Made by a program: the position numbers and the translations under genes
The notes under the pieces: model-generated
What the model was told of the DNA's origin: nothing
Database searches by the model: none
Seen by the model: the letters and a program-made list of their open reading frames with translations, nothing else
NCBI RefSeq assembly: GCF_016780825.1
Contig: NZ_JADHLF010000007.1
Strand: one strand, 5' to 3'
DNA from: Planktomarina sp.
Lineage (GTDB): Bacteria; Pseudomonadota; Alphaproteobacteria; Rhodobacterales; Rhodobacteraceae
Length of the DNA stretch: 64,000 bases
In this document: positions 47,928 through 58,247 of the stretch, piece by piece
Numbering within the stretch: the stretch's first letter is position 1
Layout of the letters: each line of letters begins with the position of its first letter

Positions 47928-49091
47928 ATGCCCGTAATCACAACCATTCAAGACCTGAAAGAGATTTATCAGCGCCGCGTGCCACGAATGTTTTACGACT
48001 ATTGCGAAAGCGGCAGCTGGACCGAGCAGACCTTTGGCGACAATATTTCTGATTTCGCCAAACTGCGCCTGCGCCAACGCGTCGCCGTTGATATGACCAA
48101 CCGCAGCACCGCCTCCAAAATGATTGGTCAAGATGTCTCCATGCCGGTGGCCTTGGCCCCGGTGGGGATGACCGGTATGCAATGCGCAGATGGCGAGATC
48201 AAAGCCGCCCGTGCCGCCGCCGCTTTCGGCGTGCCCTATACATTGTCGACCATGTCCATATGTTCCATCGAAGACGTCGCCGCGGCCACCAATGCCCCCT
48301 TTTGGTTTCAGCTCTACACTTTGACAGATGAGGATTACTCAGATCGCTTGATCCAACGGGTGAAAGATGCCAATTGCTCGGCGCTCGTGATCACGCTGGA
48401 CCTTCAGATCCTGGGGCAACGTCATAAAGATTTGAAAAACGGCCTCTCAGCCCCCCCAAAACTGACCCCCAAAACCATAGCCAATCTGGCGACAAAATGG
48501 AGCTGGGGCCTTGAGATGCTGGGCACCAAGCGCCGCGGCTTTGGCAATATCGTGGGACAGGTCAGCGGCATCTCCGACACCACCTCCCTCAGCGCTTGGA
48601 CTGCCGAGCAATTTGATCAAGCGCTCGATTGGAAAAAAGTCGAGACCTTGATGAAAAAATGGGGCGGCAAGGTGATTTTGAAAGGCATCTTGGATCCTGA
48701 GGATGCAAAAATTGCAGCAAACCTCGGGGTTGATGCGATCATCGTGTCCAACCACGGCGGGCGGCAGCTCGATGGCGCGCTCTCCTCAATCCGCATGTTG
48801 CCGAAAATCGTCGAGGCGGTGGCGGGCAAATGCGAGGTCTGGATGGACGGTGGCATCCGCAGCGGGCAAGATATTCTCAAAGCCAAAGCCCTTGGCGCGA
48901 CCGGCACAATGATCGGCCGGTCCTATATCTACGGTCTTGGCGCTATGGGTGAGGCCGGCGTGACCAAGGCGCTGGAAGTGATGCATAAAGAATTGGACAC
49001 CACAATGGCGCTCTGCGGACATCGCGACATCAACGATGTGACCCGAGATATTCTGTACATTCCAGAGGATTTCGAGGGGCGTTGGGCCTAG
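47928..49091 (+). CDS. lldD: FMN-dependent alpha-hydroxy-acid dehydrogenase (L-lactate dehydrogenase-like)
   Basis: LAPVG, WFQLY, LKGI, VSNHGGRQLD and DGGIRSG. Confidence 0.88.
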   Translation: MPVITTIQDLKEIYQRRVPRMFYDYCESGSWTEQTFGDNISDFAKLRLRQRVAVDMTNRSTASKMIGQDVSMPVALAPVGMTGMQCADGEIKAARAAAAFGVPYTLSTMSICSIEDVAAATNAPFWFQLYTLTDEDYSDRLIQRVKDANCSALVITLDLQILGQRHKDLKNGLSAPPKLTPKTIANLATKWSWGLEMLGTKRRGFGNIVGQVSGISDTTSLSAWTAEQFDQALDWKKVETLMKKWGGKVILKGILDPEDAKIAANLGVDAIIVSNHGGRQLDGALSSIRMLPKIVEAVAGKCEVWMDGGIRSGQDILKAKALGATGTMIGRSYIYGLGAMGEAGVTKALEVMHKELDTTMALCGHRDINDVTRDILYIPEDFEGRWA

Positions 49092-49143
49092 GCTTTCGCC
49101 GATGCGGTTCCCGGCCCAGGGGTCTTCGCAAAAATCAATAAAG

Positions 49144-49167
49144 AGGGGGCGCTGCGACGCGCCCCCT
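49144..49167. terminator. Hairpin between convergent lldD and BCCT genes
   Basis: AGGGGGCGC-TGCGAC-GCGCCCCCT. Confidence 0.65.
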
Positions 49168-49182
49168 TGGCAGTTTTTAGGA

Positions 49183-51018
49183 TTATTTGGCCGCTGCGCT
49201 TGCGCCATCCCCCTGCTTGCTGCGGATACCGTCACGATAAAGCGCTTTTGCCAAGGAAAGCATCATCAGCCCCATAACCATCGTAAACGGCAAGGCCCCA
49301 ATAATCATGGCGCTTTTCAATGCTTCCATGGGATCTGCGCCCGGATTGCTCTTACCCGCCACCAACAATGTGCCGATCACCGCGGTCAAGATCAGTCCCC
49401 AAACGATTTTATGCTTGTTGCCAATGTCTTGATCGCCGCCCGACATAATGGTGTTCATAACCAAAATACCCGAGTCAGCCGAGGTAACCAAGAAGGTCAG
49501 GATCAAAACCACACACATCACAGTCAAAACTGACAACATCCCACCGTCCATCATTTGCCCAAGTGTGACGAAAAGCTTGTTGGTGTTTGATGCACCAATG
49601 ATCGCGCCATTGGCGCCGCCAGTCAGCTCCATATCAATGGCCGTGGCCCCAAGAACCGTCATCCAGGCAAAACACACCATCGCCGGCGCAAATACGCAGC
49701 CCAGGATAAACTCACGCACCGTACGACCGCGCGAAATCCGCGCCAAGAACAGACCCACAAAAGGCGAGAAGGCAATCCACCACGCCCAATAGAAGGTGGT
49801 CCAGCCAGCTTGCCAGCCAAATTGACGCCCCTGCTCACCGGCCGCATAGACCGCGCTCAAGGTCGCCTCATCCAAAGCCGCAGCCGCGCCGGTGAGCCCT
49901 GCTTTAAAGCCGTCATAACTGCCCCAGGCATTGGTCGCGCCGCCAAACAGCTCCTGAGCCAAAGGCTTGGCCGTCTCGGGCAAAGCCATGGCAAAAGCGT
50001 CTGACGATTGCGGGCCATAGGCTCCGAAGCTGAGCGACACGAAATGCAAGATATAATCCACAAAGGCCGCTGCATAGGTTGTCATCGCGAACAGAAAAGA
50101 GCCGAACACAACGAAGGTGAACAACAAAATGAGCGATAATACCAAGTTGAGGTTGGACAGGAATTTCACCCCGCGCCCCACCCCTGACACGGCCGAGACA
50201 ATCGACAGCCCCATGATGCAGATCAACCCCGCAATCAAGCCCACAGTGCCGGGCTTTGGAACGTCGCCGGTCATATCCATCAACCAATTGGCGCCGGTAA
50301 TCGCATAGACCCCATCTATGAACTGGCTCACACCAAAGCCGATGGTGACCGAGACACCCAAAATCGTCGCCACAACGCCCAATACATCCACCAGATGCCC
50401 AATAAGCCCATTCACATAGCGGCCCAAAAGTGGGGTCAGCGCGGAACGGATGGTCAGGGGCATGTCGCGGGTATAGGCGTAATAGGCGAGACTCAGACCG
50501 GTGACGACATAGATCGCCCAGGCGTGAAACCCATAGTGCAAAAACGTATAGCGATAGGCCGAGGTCAAAGCCTCCTGGCTATTTGGCGCCACCGCTCCGC
50601 TGACTGTCTCAGGGTTTGAGCCCCAAAGCCCCAAGGGCTCGGCCGTGGCAAAGACCATCAACCCCACACCCAAACCCGCTCCAAACATCATGGAAAACCA
50701 AGAAAAATTTGAAAATTCCGGCGCCTCACCCGCCCGGCCCATTTTACGCTTGCCCGTTTGCGGCAAAATGGCGACCACAGCCAGAAAAAAGGCAAAAAGC
50801 GCGACAATGATGATATAAAATGCGTTGAATCCTTCCAAAAGCGACCAATTCAGGCTGCCTAAATTGCTATTGGCATTGGCCGGCCAGACCAAGGCCCAGA
50901 TCACAAGCGCAACCATAATGCCCTTACTCAAAAGAGCGATCTCAACGCTGTGACCTTCATAAAAACCGGAAGCGGCCCGTCGGACCTCAACCGCTGTAAA
51001 TGGGGGTTTTAGTGACAT
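49183..51018 (-). CDS. BCCT-family transporter
   Basis: PEFS.FSWFSMMFGAGLGVG, WTTFYWAWWIAFSPFVGLFLARISRGRTVREF and TSADS. Confidence 0.95.
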   Translation of the reverse strand: MSLKPPFTAVEVRRAASGFYEGHSVEIALLSKGIMVALVIWALVWPANANSNLGSLNWSLLEGFNAFYIIIVALFAFFLAVVAILPQTGKRKMGRAGEAPEFSNFSWFSMMFGAGLGVGLMVFATAEPLGLWGSNPETVSGAVAPNSQEALTSAYRYTFLHYGFHAWAIYVVTGLSLAYYAYTRDMPLTIRSALTPLLGRYVNGLIGHLVDVLGVVATILGVSVTIGFGVSQFIDGVYAITGANWLMDMTGDVPKPGTVGLIAGLICIMGLSIVSAVSGVGRGVKFLSNLNLVLSLILLFTFVVFGSFLFAMTTYAAAFVDYILHFVSLSFGAYGPQSSDAFAMALPETAKPLAQELFGGATNAWGSYDGFKAGLTGAAAALDEATLSAVYAAGEQGRQFGWQAGWTTFYWAWWIAFSPFVGLFLARISRGRTVREFILGCVFAPAMVCFAWMTVLGATAIDMELTGGANGAIIGASNTNKLFVTLGQMMDGGMLSVLTVMCVVLILTFLVTSADSGILVMNTIMSGGDQDIGNKHKIVWGLILTAVIGTLLVAGKSNPGADPMEALKSAMIIGALPFTMVMGLMMLSLAKALYRDGIRSKQGDGASAAAK

Positions 51019-51256
51019 ATCTGTCCTCCTAATCTTTCAATCTGGCGACTCCGCGCAATCAACTTGCGTAAAGATCAGTGCATCGAGAACCGCTCATCGC
51101 CTTATTATTATTCAAATATTTTTGACTACTTTTTCCTGCCTCTCCTTTACAGGCACAAAAATGGCTGAGTGAAAATGAACCTATACCTAAAATACCCCTT
51201 AATAGGGAAAACACTGCCTGAGCGGCATTTTTTAAGCAAGCTTTGTTTGTCTGGGA

Positions 51257-52402
51257 TTACGCGCGCCGCAGCAGCAAAGTCAGCGGAATGGCGGTCAGAC
51301 TAAGGCCGGCAGCGGTCAGGAAGGCCATGCGCAATCCGTAAAATTCAGACAGCAGCCCCATCAAAGAGGGCGCCAGAAAGAACCCTGCAAACCCCAGAAC
51401 AGCCACGCGCGAAATCGCCTCAGTGCGCAAATGCTCCGGCACCTTTTGACCAACCAAGGCCAAGCCCAAAGGACCGATCACAGAGATTCCAAGGCCTAAA
51501 ATTCCAAATCCGAGATAGGCCCAATGTGGCGCCGGGGCCAAAGCGGCCAAGATCCCACCAGAGGCAGCCACCACTGTGGCCAGTATGATGACTTTTGTTT
51601 CAGAGAAAATTTGCGACACCGCCTGGCCTGAAAACCGTCCCAGCGCCATCGTCAGCCCCAGCATCGCCGGCCCCATCGCCCCTTCGGCGGCACGGCCCTG
51701 CAGGCTGCGCTCAATGTGCAAGGCGGACCAGGTCTCGACGGTGGCTTCGGTCATAAAAGCAACCAAAACGATCAACCCACACAAAACAATTGGCTTCAAC
51801 GGATAGCGACCGCCCGTGCTGGCGTCTGGCGCAACAGCTCGCGGGGGCATGAAAAGAAAGATCGATAAGCTCAAGATGACCCCCGACACAGCCGCAAAAG
51901 CAAGTCCAGGCGGGATCTGCGCCTCGCGCGCCACACCGCTTGCAATCGCAGAAAATGCATATCCAACTGAAAACATTGCATGGTTTGCGTTCATCAAGGG
52001 TTTTTGATGCAGCTGCTCCAGCTCGCTGACCCGCGCATTCATCAGCACATCCGTGAGGCCCGAGGCCGCGCCAACAATGACCATCGCCACGGCAAAGCTC
52101 ACCGCATCTGTGGCAAAGCCCGGCAAAAGAAAGCTCACGCCAAATAGGACGCTGCCAATCTGCATACCGCGCGCGCCCAATAACCGGTCCAACCGCGGTG
52201 CCAAAACCATCGAGCTGACCAGCCCAATCGCATTGCACAGCAACAACATCCCAAAGGTCGCATCGCTGACATCCAAACGTGCTTTGATCTGTGGCACATA
52301 GGCCGCAAAACATCCCCAAAACAGGCCAACAATCACGAATGCAATCGCAGGACGGCGGGATAGATAGAGGGCGTGAAAAACTTGCATAGCCTGCTTTTTC
52401 AT
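51257..52402 (-). CDS. MFS transporter, substrate unknown
   Basis: About 12 TM; DVLMN, NHAMFS.G and EATVETWSA. Confidence 0.85.
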   Translation of the reverse strand: MKKQAMQVFHALYLSRRPAIAFVIVGLFWGCFAAYVPQIKARLDVSDATFGMLLLCNAIGLVSSMVLAPRLDRLLGARGMQIGSVLFGVSFLLPGFATDAVSFAVAMVIVGAASGLTDVLMNARVSELEQLHQKPLMNANHAMFSVGYAFSAIASGVAREAQIPPGLAFAAVSGVILSLSIFLFMPPRAVAPDASTGGRYPLKPIVLCGLIVLVAFMTEATVETWSALHIERSLQGRAAEGAMGPAMLGLTMALGRFSGQAVSQIFSETKVIILATVVAASGGILAALAPAPHWAYLGFGILGLGISVIGPLGLALVGQKVPEHLRTEAISRVAVLGFAGFFLAPSLMGLLSEFYGLRMAFLTAAGLSLTAIPLTLLLRRA

Positions 52403-52530
52403 AGCCGCAAGACTCTTGCAAGAAACAAAGCAATCAAGGGCTTTTCTTTTCCCTCATATGGCCCTATACGGCGCACTTCAACGGGGCATACACCCTTGGA
52501 GGATGCCCCCCCATTTTAAGGAATAGACCC

Positions 52531-53166
52531 ATGGCAGGACAGATCCCAGATCTAATCGCTTCGGTACGGACGGGGACAGGCAAGGGGGCCGCTCGTCAAT
52601 CTCGCCGCGAAGGCAACGTACCAGGCATCGTTTTTGGTGGTGAGGCAGACCCTCTACCCATCAATCTCCCGTTCAACAAATTATTTTCGCTTTTGAAAGC
52701 AGGGCGGTTTAAGTCAACCCTGTTCAATCTCAAAGTGGACGGTCATGACGACGTGCGCGTCATCTGCCGCGATGTGCAACGCCACACCGTGAAAGATTTG
52801 CCAACGCATGTTGATTTCATGCGCCTGCGCCGGACCTCAAAGGTCAATCTGTTTATTCCGGTTGAGTTCTTGAATGAAGCCACATGCCCCGGCCTGAAAA
52901 AAGGCGGCGTGCTGACCTTGGTGCGTCCTGAGGTTGAACTGATGGTGACCGCGGGGGATATCCCCGAGAAGATCACCGTTGATCTGGCCGGCCGCGAAGT
53001 GGGTGATGTGATCACCATCTCCGCTGTCGAACTGCCAAAGGGCGCGACACCGACCATCGATCGTGACTTCGTGATCGCCAATATCGCAGCCCCCTCTGGC
53101 TTGCGTTCTGCGGACAATGAAGCGGACGGCGATGCCGACGAGGCCGAAGCGCCAGCTGAGGAATAA
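52531..53166 (+). CDS. rplY: 50S ribosomal protein L25 / Ctc
   Basis: [29 protein letters not shown] and PGLKKGG. Confidence 0.97.
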   Translation: MAGQIPDLIASVRTGTGKGAARQSRREGNVPGIVFGGEADPLPINLPFNKLFSLLKAGRFKSTLFNLKVDGHDDVRVICRDVQRHTVKDLPTHVDFMRLRRTSKVNLFIPVEFLNEATCPGLKKGGVLTLVRPEVELMVTAGDIPEKITVDLAGREVGDVITISAVELPKGATPTIDRDFVIANIAAPSGLRSADNEADGDADEAEAPAEE

Positions 53167-53198
53167 ACCGCGACCTTCGGGCCGATGGTGCGTTAAGC

Positions 53199-53226
53199 AA
53201 ACCCCGCCAGTGATGGTGGGGTTTTT
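53199..53226 (+). terminator. Intrinsic terminator after rplY
   Basis: AAACCCCGCCA-GTGA-TGGTGGGGTTT followed by TT. Confidence 0.7.
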
Positions 53227-53291
53227 GCATTTCCGGCCATCCTGCGCGCAAATCTCTTTCAACCCACCAGTCTGCAGGTTAAACTCATCCC

Positions 53292-53984
53292 ATGAAACTC
53301 TTCGTAGGCCTTGGAAATCCCGGCGCAAAATTTGCGCATAATCGCCATAACATCGGCTTTATGGCCCTTGATAGAATCGCCGAAGATCATCAGTTCACCT
53401 CTTGGCGCTCAAAATTTCAGGGCCAGATCTGCGATGGCACCTTGGGCGGGCAAAAGGTGCTGTTGCTCAAACCCACAACCTTTATGAACCTCTCCGGCCA
53501 ATCGGTGGGCGAGGCGGTTCGGTTTCACAAGATCCCTCTGGATCAGGTCACCGTGTTTCACGATGAATTGGATCTCGCCCCAGGGAAGTTGCGGCTCAAA
53601 CAGGGCGGTGGACATGCAGGCCATAACGGCCTTCGCTCTATCCATGCCCATTTGGGAGCCGACTACGGCCGCGTGCGGCTTGGTATTGGCCATCCAGGCC
53701 ATAAGGATGCGGTGGCCGGCTTTGTGCTCCGAGACTTCTCCAAGGCTGATCAAGATTGGCTGGCGGCCCTGCTGACGGGACTCAGCGCTGGCGCGGCGCA
53801 TTTGGCCGCAGGGGATGGGGCAAAATTCATGAACGCCGTGGCCTTGCAAACCGCTCCGCCGCGCTCTTCAAAATCCGCCAAAGCGGCAACGCAAAAACCT
53901 GCTGAAGCGGCCGCGCCATCAGCTCAAAGCACGCCTGCACCAGCCCCCTCTGCATTGCAAAAGCTTCTCGACAGATTTAAATGA
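53292..53984 (+). CDS. pth: Peptidyl-tRNA hydrolase with C-terminal extension
   Basis: VGLGNPG, NRHNIGF, KPTTFMNLSG, HDELD and GHNGLRS. Confidence 0.97.
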   Translation: MKLFVGLGNPGAKFAHNRHNIGFMALDRIAEDHQFTSWRSKFQGQICDGTLGGQKVLLLKPTTFMNLSGQSVGEAVRFHKIPLDQVTVFHDELDLAPGKLRLKQGGGHAGHNGLRSIHAHLGADYGRVRLGIGHPGHKDAVAGFVLRDFSKADQDWLAALLTGLSAGAAHLAAGDGAKFMNAVALQTAPPRSSKSAKAATQKPAEAAAPSAQSTPAPAPSALQKLLDRFK

Positions 53985-55003
53985 AAGCCCATTTCGAACG
54001 CCAAGCGACCTATTGTTCCGCCTTTGGCGCCGATCTTACAGCCCGACTCTTGCGTCATCTGCCGGATTGTATCTCACCCAACAGCGCCCTCGGTCAGCGC
54101 ATTGCCAATTGGCCCGGTGATGCCGCACCAGAGGCAGACAACCTCCCTCTGAGGCTGGCCGGAGGCCTGCATGGCTTGCTCTTATCGGCAAAAGCCCCAG
54201 AACTGGCCCCTATCTATCGCAGCGGCGCAATGGCCGATGCGGAGCTGCCCAAGCTTCTGCGAGCCGTGCTTCAGCGTCACGACGCTGAACTGGCCGCCTT
54301 CATTGCCAATGCCCCACAAACCAACGAAGTGCGACGGGCGGCCGGGCTCATCGCCACGGCCCATTGGCTCAAAGCCCATACCGGTTGTGACCTCATCGCC
54401 TCTGAACTGGGCGCCAGCGCCGGTCTCAATCTCATTTTTGATCGGTTCCACCTGGCTTTAGGAGATGGCTATGGGCCGCCCAATAGCCCGGTGCAGCTCA
54501 GCCCAAAATGGCAAGGGTCGCTGCCGCCGGCGGCCCCCTATCTCCTGCGCGATGCGCAGGGCTGTGATCTTGCCCCTCTGGATCTGCGGCAGAGGCAAGA
54601 CCTTCTGCGCCTACATGCCTATATTTGGGCCGATCAACCCGAAAGGCGCGCCCGCACCGATGCGGCCATCTCGCTCAATCCGCCGCTGCCGAAAAAATCC
54701 AGTGCCATTGAGTTTTTGCGCCAGCGCCTCGCCTCCCCGTGGTCCGGCTGCCATTTGATCTATTCGACCGTGGCTTGGCGGTATTTTTCAAACGCAGAAA
54801 AAAGCCAAATTACAGAATTGATCACCACACGCGGCGCAAACTCACAGGCCCCCCTCGCCTGGCTGCGGATCGAGGCCGACGGGAAATCGCCCGGCGCGGG
54901 CATGCGGTTGGACTTGTGGCCTGAGCAAAAGCAGATAGACTTAGGGCGAATGGATTTTCATGGCCGTTGGATCACTTGGACGGCACCAAAGCCGAGGGAA
55001 TAA
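53981..55003 (+). CDS. DUF2332-family protein
   Basis: PLRL.G.LH, PQTNEVRR, ELGASAGLNL, GCD..P and HGRW. ATGA overlap with pth. Confidence 0.8.
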   Translation: MKAHFERQATYCSAFGADLTARLLRHLPDCISPNSALGQRIANWPGDAAPEADNLPLRLAGGLHGLLLSAKAPELAPIYRSGAMADAELPKLLRAVLQRHDAELAAFIANAPQTNEVRRAAGLIATAHWLKAHTGCDLIASELGASAGLNLIFDRFHLALGDGYGPPNSPVQLSPKWQGSLPPAAPYLLRDAQGCDLAPLDLRQRQDLLRLHAYIWADQPERRARTDAAISLNPPLPKKSSAIEFLRQRLASPWSGCHLIYSTVAWRYFSNAEKSQITELITTRGANSQAPLAWLRIEADGKSPGAGMRLDLWPEQKQIDLGRMDFHGRWITWTAPKPRE

Positions 55004-55004
55004 C

Positions 55005-55397
55005 ATGCAAAAAGACATCGAAATCAATGTCGTTGGCCTGCCTCTCGCGCCTTGCTCGCAGGAGCCTTTGACCGGGTTTTTCCGCGATGGCTCCTGCAAT
55101 ACCTGCGCGCAAGACACCGGCAGCCACACAGTCTGCGCTGTGATGACCGCCGAATTTCTCGCATTTTCAAAATACCTCGGAAATGACCTTAGCACCCCGC
55201 GGCCAGAATTTGGCTTTGCGGGCCTTAAGGCCGGGGATCGCTGGTGTCTCTGCGCGGGGCGGTTTTTGCAAGCCCACGAGGAGGGCTGCGCCCCGCAAGT
55301 TCAGCTCGAATCGACCCATCAAAAGGCCTTGGACATTGTTCCCATGGACGTCCTTCGGCTCTATGCAGCCACAGACAGAGGCCGCAAAGAGCCTTGA
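55005..55397 (+). CDS. DUF2237-family protein
   Basis: NV.G..L..CS..P.TGFFRDG.C, G.HTVCA, GNDLSTP.P and GDRWCLCA. Start at ATG 55005. Confidence 0.88.
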   Translation: MQKDIEINVVGLPLAPCSQEPLTGFFRDGSCNTCAQDTGSHTVCAVMTAEFLAFSKYLGNDLSTPRPEFGFAGLKAGDRWCLCAGRFLQAHEEGCAPQVQLESTHQKALDIVPMDVLRLYAATDRGRKEP

Positions 55398-55399
55398 GG

Positions 55400-56632
55400 C
55401 TAGGCCCCAGTGTTCATCTCAATTCCCAAGGCAGCGGCCACGGTAAAGATATCCTTGTCACCACGTCCGCACATATTCATGCAAATCAGGTGATCGGCGG
55501 GCAATTCAGGCGCGATTTTCATCACATGGGCCAAAGCATGGCTGGGCTCTAGTGCTGGAATAATACCTTCAAGCTCACAGCACAGTTGAAAGGCTTCCAG
55601 CGCCTCCACATCGGTGATCGAGACATACTGCGCCCGGCCAATATCGTGCAACCAGGCATGTTCCGGGCCAATACCCGGGTAATCGAGCCCAGCAGAAATC
55701 GAGAAGCCTTCGAGAATTTGCCCATCGTCATCTTGCAATAGATAGGTGCGATTGCCGTGCAGCACACCCGGACGCCCGCCGGCCAGAGAGGCGCAATGTT
55801 CCATCTTGGCGTTCACGCCTTTGCCCCCGGCCTCGACCCCAATGATTCCCACCGATGTGTCATCAAGGAACGGATAGAACAGCCCCATGGCATTGGAGCC
55901 CCCGCCTATGGCCGCAATCAATGTGTCGGGCAAGCGCCCCTCTTGTTCTAACATCTGCGCGCGCGCTTCCTTGCCAATGATGGCCTGAAAGTCTCGCACC
56001 ATCGCCGGATAGGGGTGCGGGCCTGCGACGGTGCCGATGCAGTAGAATGTATCCTCCACATTGGTCACCCAATCGCGCAGCGCGTCATTCATCGCGTCTT
56101 TCAATGTGCCGCGACCGGAGGTGACCGGCACGACTTCAGCGCCCAGAAGCTTCATGCGAAAGACATTCGGCGCTTGGCGCTCGACATCATGCGCGCCCAT
56201 ATAGACCACGCATTTCAAGCCAAACTTGGCACAGACCGTGGCGGTGGCCACCCCATGCTGACCCGCGCCAGTTTCGGCAATGATCCGGTTTTTTCCCATG
56301 CGGCGGGCCAAGATAATCTGGCCCAAGACATTGTTGATTTTATGCGCGCCGGTGTGGTTCAGCTCGTCCCGTTTGAGATAGATCTTCGCGCCACCTAAAT
56401 GCTGGGTCAAACGCTCTGCGTAATATAACGGGCTCGGGCGGCCAACATAGTTGGTCCAAAGATCGTTCATCTCTGCCCAAAAGCTGTCATCCGTCTTGGC
56501 ATGTTCATATTGCGCTTCAAGATCCAAGATCAGCGGCATGAGGGTTTCTGAGACAAACCGCCCGCCAAAATCGCCAAAACGACCCTGTTCATCCGGTCCT
56601 GTGGTAAAGCTGTTGAGCAGATCGTCGGCCAT
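55400..56632 (-). CDS. trpB: Tryptophan synthase beta chain
   Basis: [25 protein letters not shown] and [13 protein letters not shown]. Confidence 0.98.
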   Translation of the reverse strand: MADDLLNSFTTGPDEQGRFGDFGGRFVSETLMPLILDLEAQYEHAKTDDSFWAEMNDLWTNYVGRPSPLYYAERLTQHLGGAKIYLKRDELNHTGAHKINNVLGQIILARRMGKNRIIAETGAGQHGVATATVCAKFGLKCVVYMGAHDVERQAPNVFRMKLLGAEVVPVTSGRGTLKDAMNDALRDWVTNVEDTFYCIGTVAGPHPYPAMVRDFQAIIGKEARAQMLEQEGRLPDTLIAAIGGGSNAMGLFYPFLDDTSVGIIGVEAGGKGVNAKMEHCASLAGGRPGVLHGNRTYLLQDDDGQILEGFSISAGLDYPGIGPEHAWLHDIGRAQYVSITDVEALEAFQLCCELEGIIPALEPSHALAHVMKIAPELPADHLICMNMCGRGDKDIFTVAAALGIEMNTGA

Positions 56633-56714
56633 AGTTTTCTCCCTTGGGCATCTGCGCTAAGAGGTAGCGCCCTGCCCCCCTAAGGTAAAGACCCGACCGC
56701 GAATTTCCGATGCT

Positions 56715-57353
56715 TTACCTGTTGGCTTCAGAGACAAATTTTGCCATCAACTCTGCGCTTTTCTGACCGGGCGCAGTTTCAATGCCCGAACTGACATCGA
56801 CCTGCCGCGCAGCAGAGCGGCGGACCGCCTCGGCCACATTGTCAGGTGTGAGACCACCGGCCAGCATCCAAGGCACGGACCAGCTTTCTCCCTCCAGCAA
56901 GCGCCAGTCAAAAGATAAACCATTGCCCCCCGGCAAGGCCTCACCCTCCGGCGGCTTGGCGTCCAAAAGCAATTGATCGGCCACGCCCGAATAGAGCTGC
57001 GCGCGGGCCACATCGGCGCGCGATGCTATGCCCAGGGCCTTCATCACCGGCAGGCCGTAGCGCGCTTTCACCGCCGCCACACGCTGAGGGCTCTCACTGC
57101 CGTGAAGCTGCAACATGTCGAGCGGAACACGGTCCGTGACGCGATCAAGCGCCGCATCATCGGCATTCACCACCAAAGCAACTTTGGCCAAGCCCGCGGG
57201 CGCATGAATAGCCAAGCTGCGCGCCGTCTCAATTGCAACATTACGGGGCGATTTTTCGAAAAAAACCAGACCGATATAGGCCGCCCCTGCGGCTGCGGCG
57301 GCATCTATATCATCCGGTGTGGTCAAGCCGCAAAGCTTGGCGCGCACCTTCAT
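56715..57353 (-). CDS. trpF: Phosphoribosylanthranilate isomerase
   Basis: [21 protein letters not shown] and VDVSSGIE. Confidence 0.96.
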   Translation of the reverse strand: MKVRAKLCGLTTPDDIDAAAAAGAAYIGLVFFEKSPRNVAIETARSLAIHAPAGLAKVALVVNADDAALDRVTDRVPLDMLQLHGSESPQRVAAVKARYGLPVMKALGIASRADVARAQLYSGVADQLLLDAKPPEGEALPGGNGLSFDWRLLEGESWSVPWMLAGGLTPDNVAEAVRRSAARQVDVSSGIETAPGQKSAELMAKFVSEANR

Positions 57354-57703
57354 GACACCTCGTCCAAAAGCGCCAAAATTTCATCTTTGTCTGTATCGGC
57401 GGTTGTCGCCTTCAATTTGCTCACCTCACGCTCCAAGCGCACGACCTGCATATGCTCGCTGCGCGCGGCACTGCGGTGTTTCATCTCGCGCAGCCATTCC
57501 CAAACGAAGCCAATCAGAAGGCCCAGGGTCACGCCCAAGAAAATAACCACGAAGAGCGGGACTTGCATATGAAGGTTGAAACCGACCAGCTCACCGAGAG
57601 CTTCCGGCAAGAGCGATAAAGGCACAGACCCTCGGTTGGCGAGGGCCACTACAATCAAGCTGATCGCAATGAAGCCCAAGACCATGTACCGCAGATAGCG
57701 CAT
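57350..57703 (-). CDS. LapA-family membrane protein
   Basis: Two TMs, ALANR..V, and a C-terminal coiled coil; between ihfB and trpF. Confidence 0.75.
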   Translation of the reverse strand: MRYLRYMVLGFIAISLIVVALANRGSVPLSLLPEALGELVGFNLHMQVPLFVVIFLGVTLGLLIGFVWEWLREMKHRSAARSEHMQVVRLEREVSKLKATTADTDKDEILALLDEVS

Positions 57704-57704
57704 T

Positions 57705-57986
57705 CTACCTCCCGTTAAGGCGGTCTCTCAAAAGCTTGCCGGTTTTGAAAAACGGAACATGCTTTTCTTCGACAGCAACAGATTCGCCAGTCCGCGGGTT
57801 GCGGCCGATACGCGGGTCGCGCTTTTTCACGGAAAAGGCCCCAAAGCCACGCAGCTCAACGCGGTCGCCCTCGGCCATTGTATTAATAATTTCTTCAAAA
57901 ATCGTGCTTACGATTTTCTCCACATCACGCTGATGAAGATGCGGATTCTCATCCACCAATTTTTGAACCAATTCTGAACGAATCAT
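57705..57986 (-). CDS. ihfB: Integration host factor beta
   Basis: [24 protein letters not shown] and FKTGK.LRDRLN. Start at ATG 57986. Confidence 0.96.
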   Translation of the reverse strand: MIRSELVQKLVDENPHLHQRDVEKIVSTIFEEIINTMAEGDRVELRGFGAFSVKKRDPRIGRNPRTGESVAVEEKHVPFFKTGKLLRDRLNGR

Positions 57987-58174
57987 AGTATCCCCCCTAG
58001 AAACTGTAAAAGTCATGAGCCACCCAAGCCCTGGTGACAGGCTACAGGAAAACCATCCCGAATGTGAACCTATTGTTTTGTCCATAAGTGAAAAAAACTG
58101 AGAATTTGGTCATTTCGGTGAGAAATTATTAAAAATACAGTCTTCGCGGCAATTTTGGATCTCTTTTTGATGAA

Positions 58175-58187
58175 AATCAAGGCTTTG
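58175..58187 (+). promoter_or_regulatory. IHF consensus site upstream of ihfB
   Basis: AATCAA-GGCT-TTG matches WATCAANNNNTTR exactly, within an AT-rich spacer. Confidence 0.55.
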
Positions 58188-58192
58188 GTGCC

Positions 58193-58221
58193 AAAAAAAA
58201 TCCCGCCTCGGCGGGATTTTT
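58193..58221 (-). terminator. Intrinsic terminator after rpsA
   Basis: AAAAATCCCGC pairs with GCGGGATTTTT. A T8 tract follows on the minus strand. Confidence 0.85.
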
Positions 58222-58247
58222 CAGATTTTTGGTCAGAAAATGATCGA

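Noticed and set aside
51020..51256. Possible glycine or other riboswitch in the long BCCT upstream region (GGAGAG present)
   Set aside because: The CCGAAG and CTCTCAGG elements are absent, and there are only weak hairpins.
55400..57986. trpF-trpB without trpA, linked to ihfB-lapA
   Set aside because: A split trp operon with this linkage is usual in this lineage.
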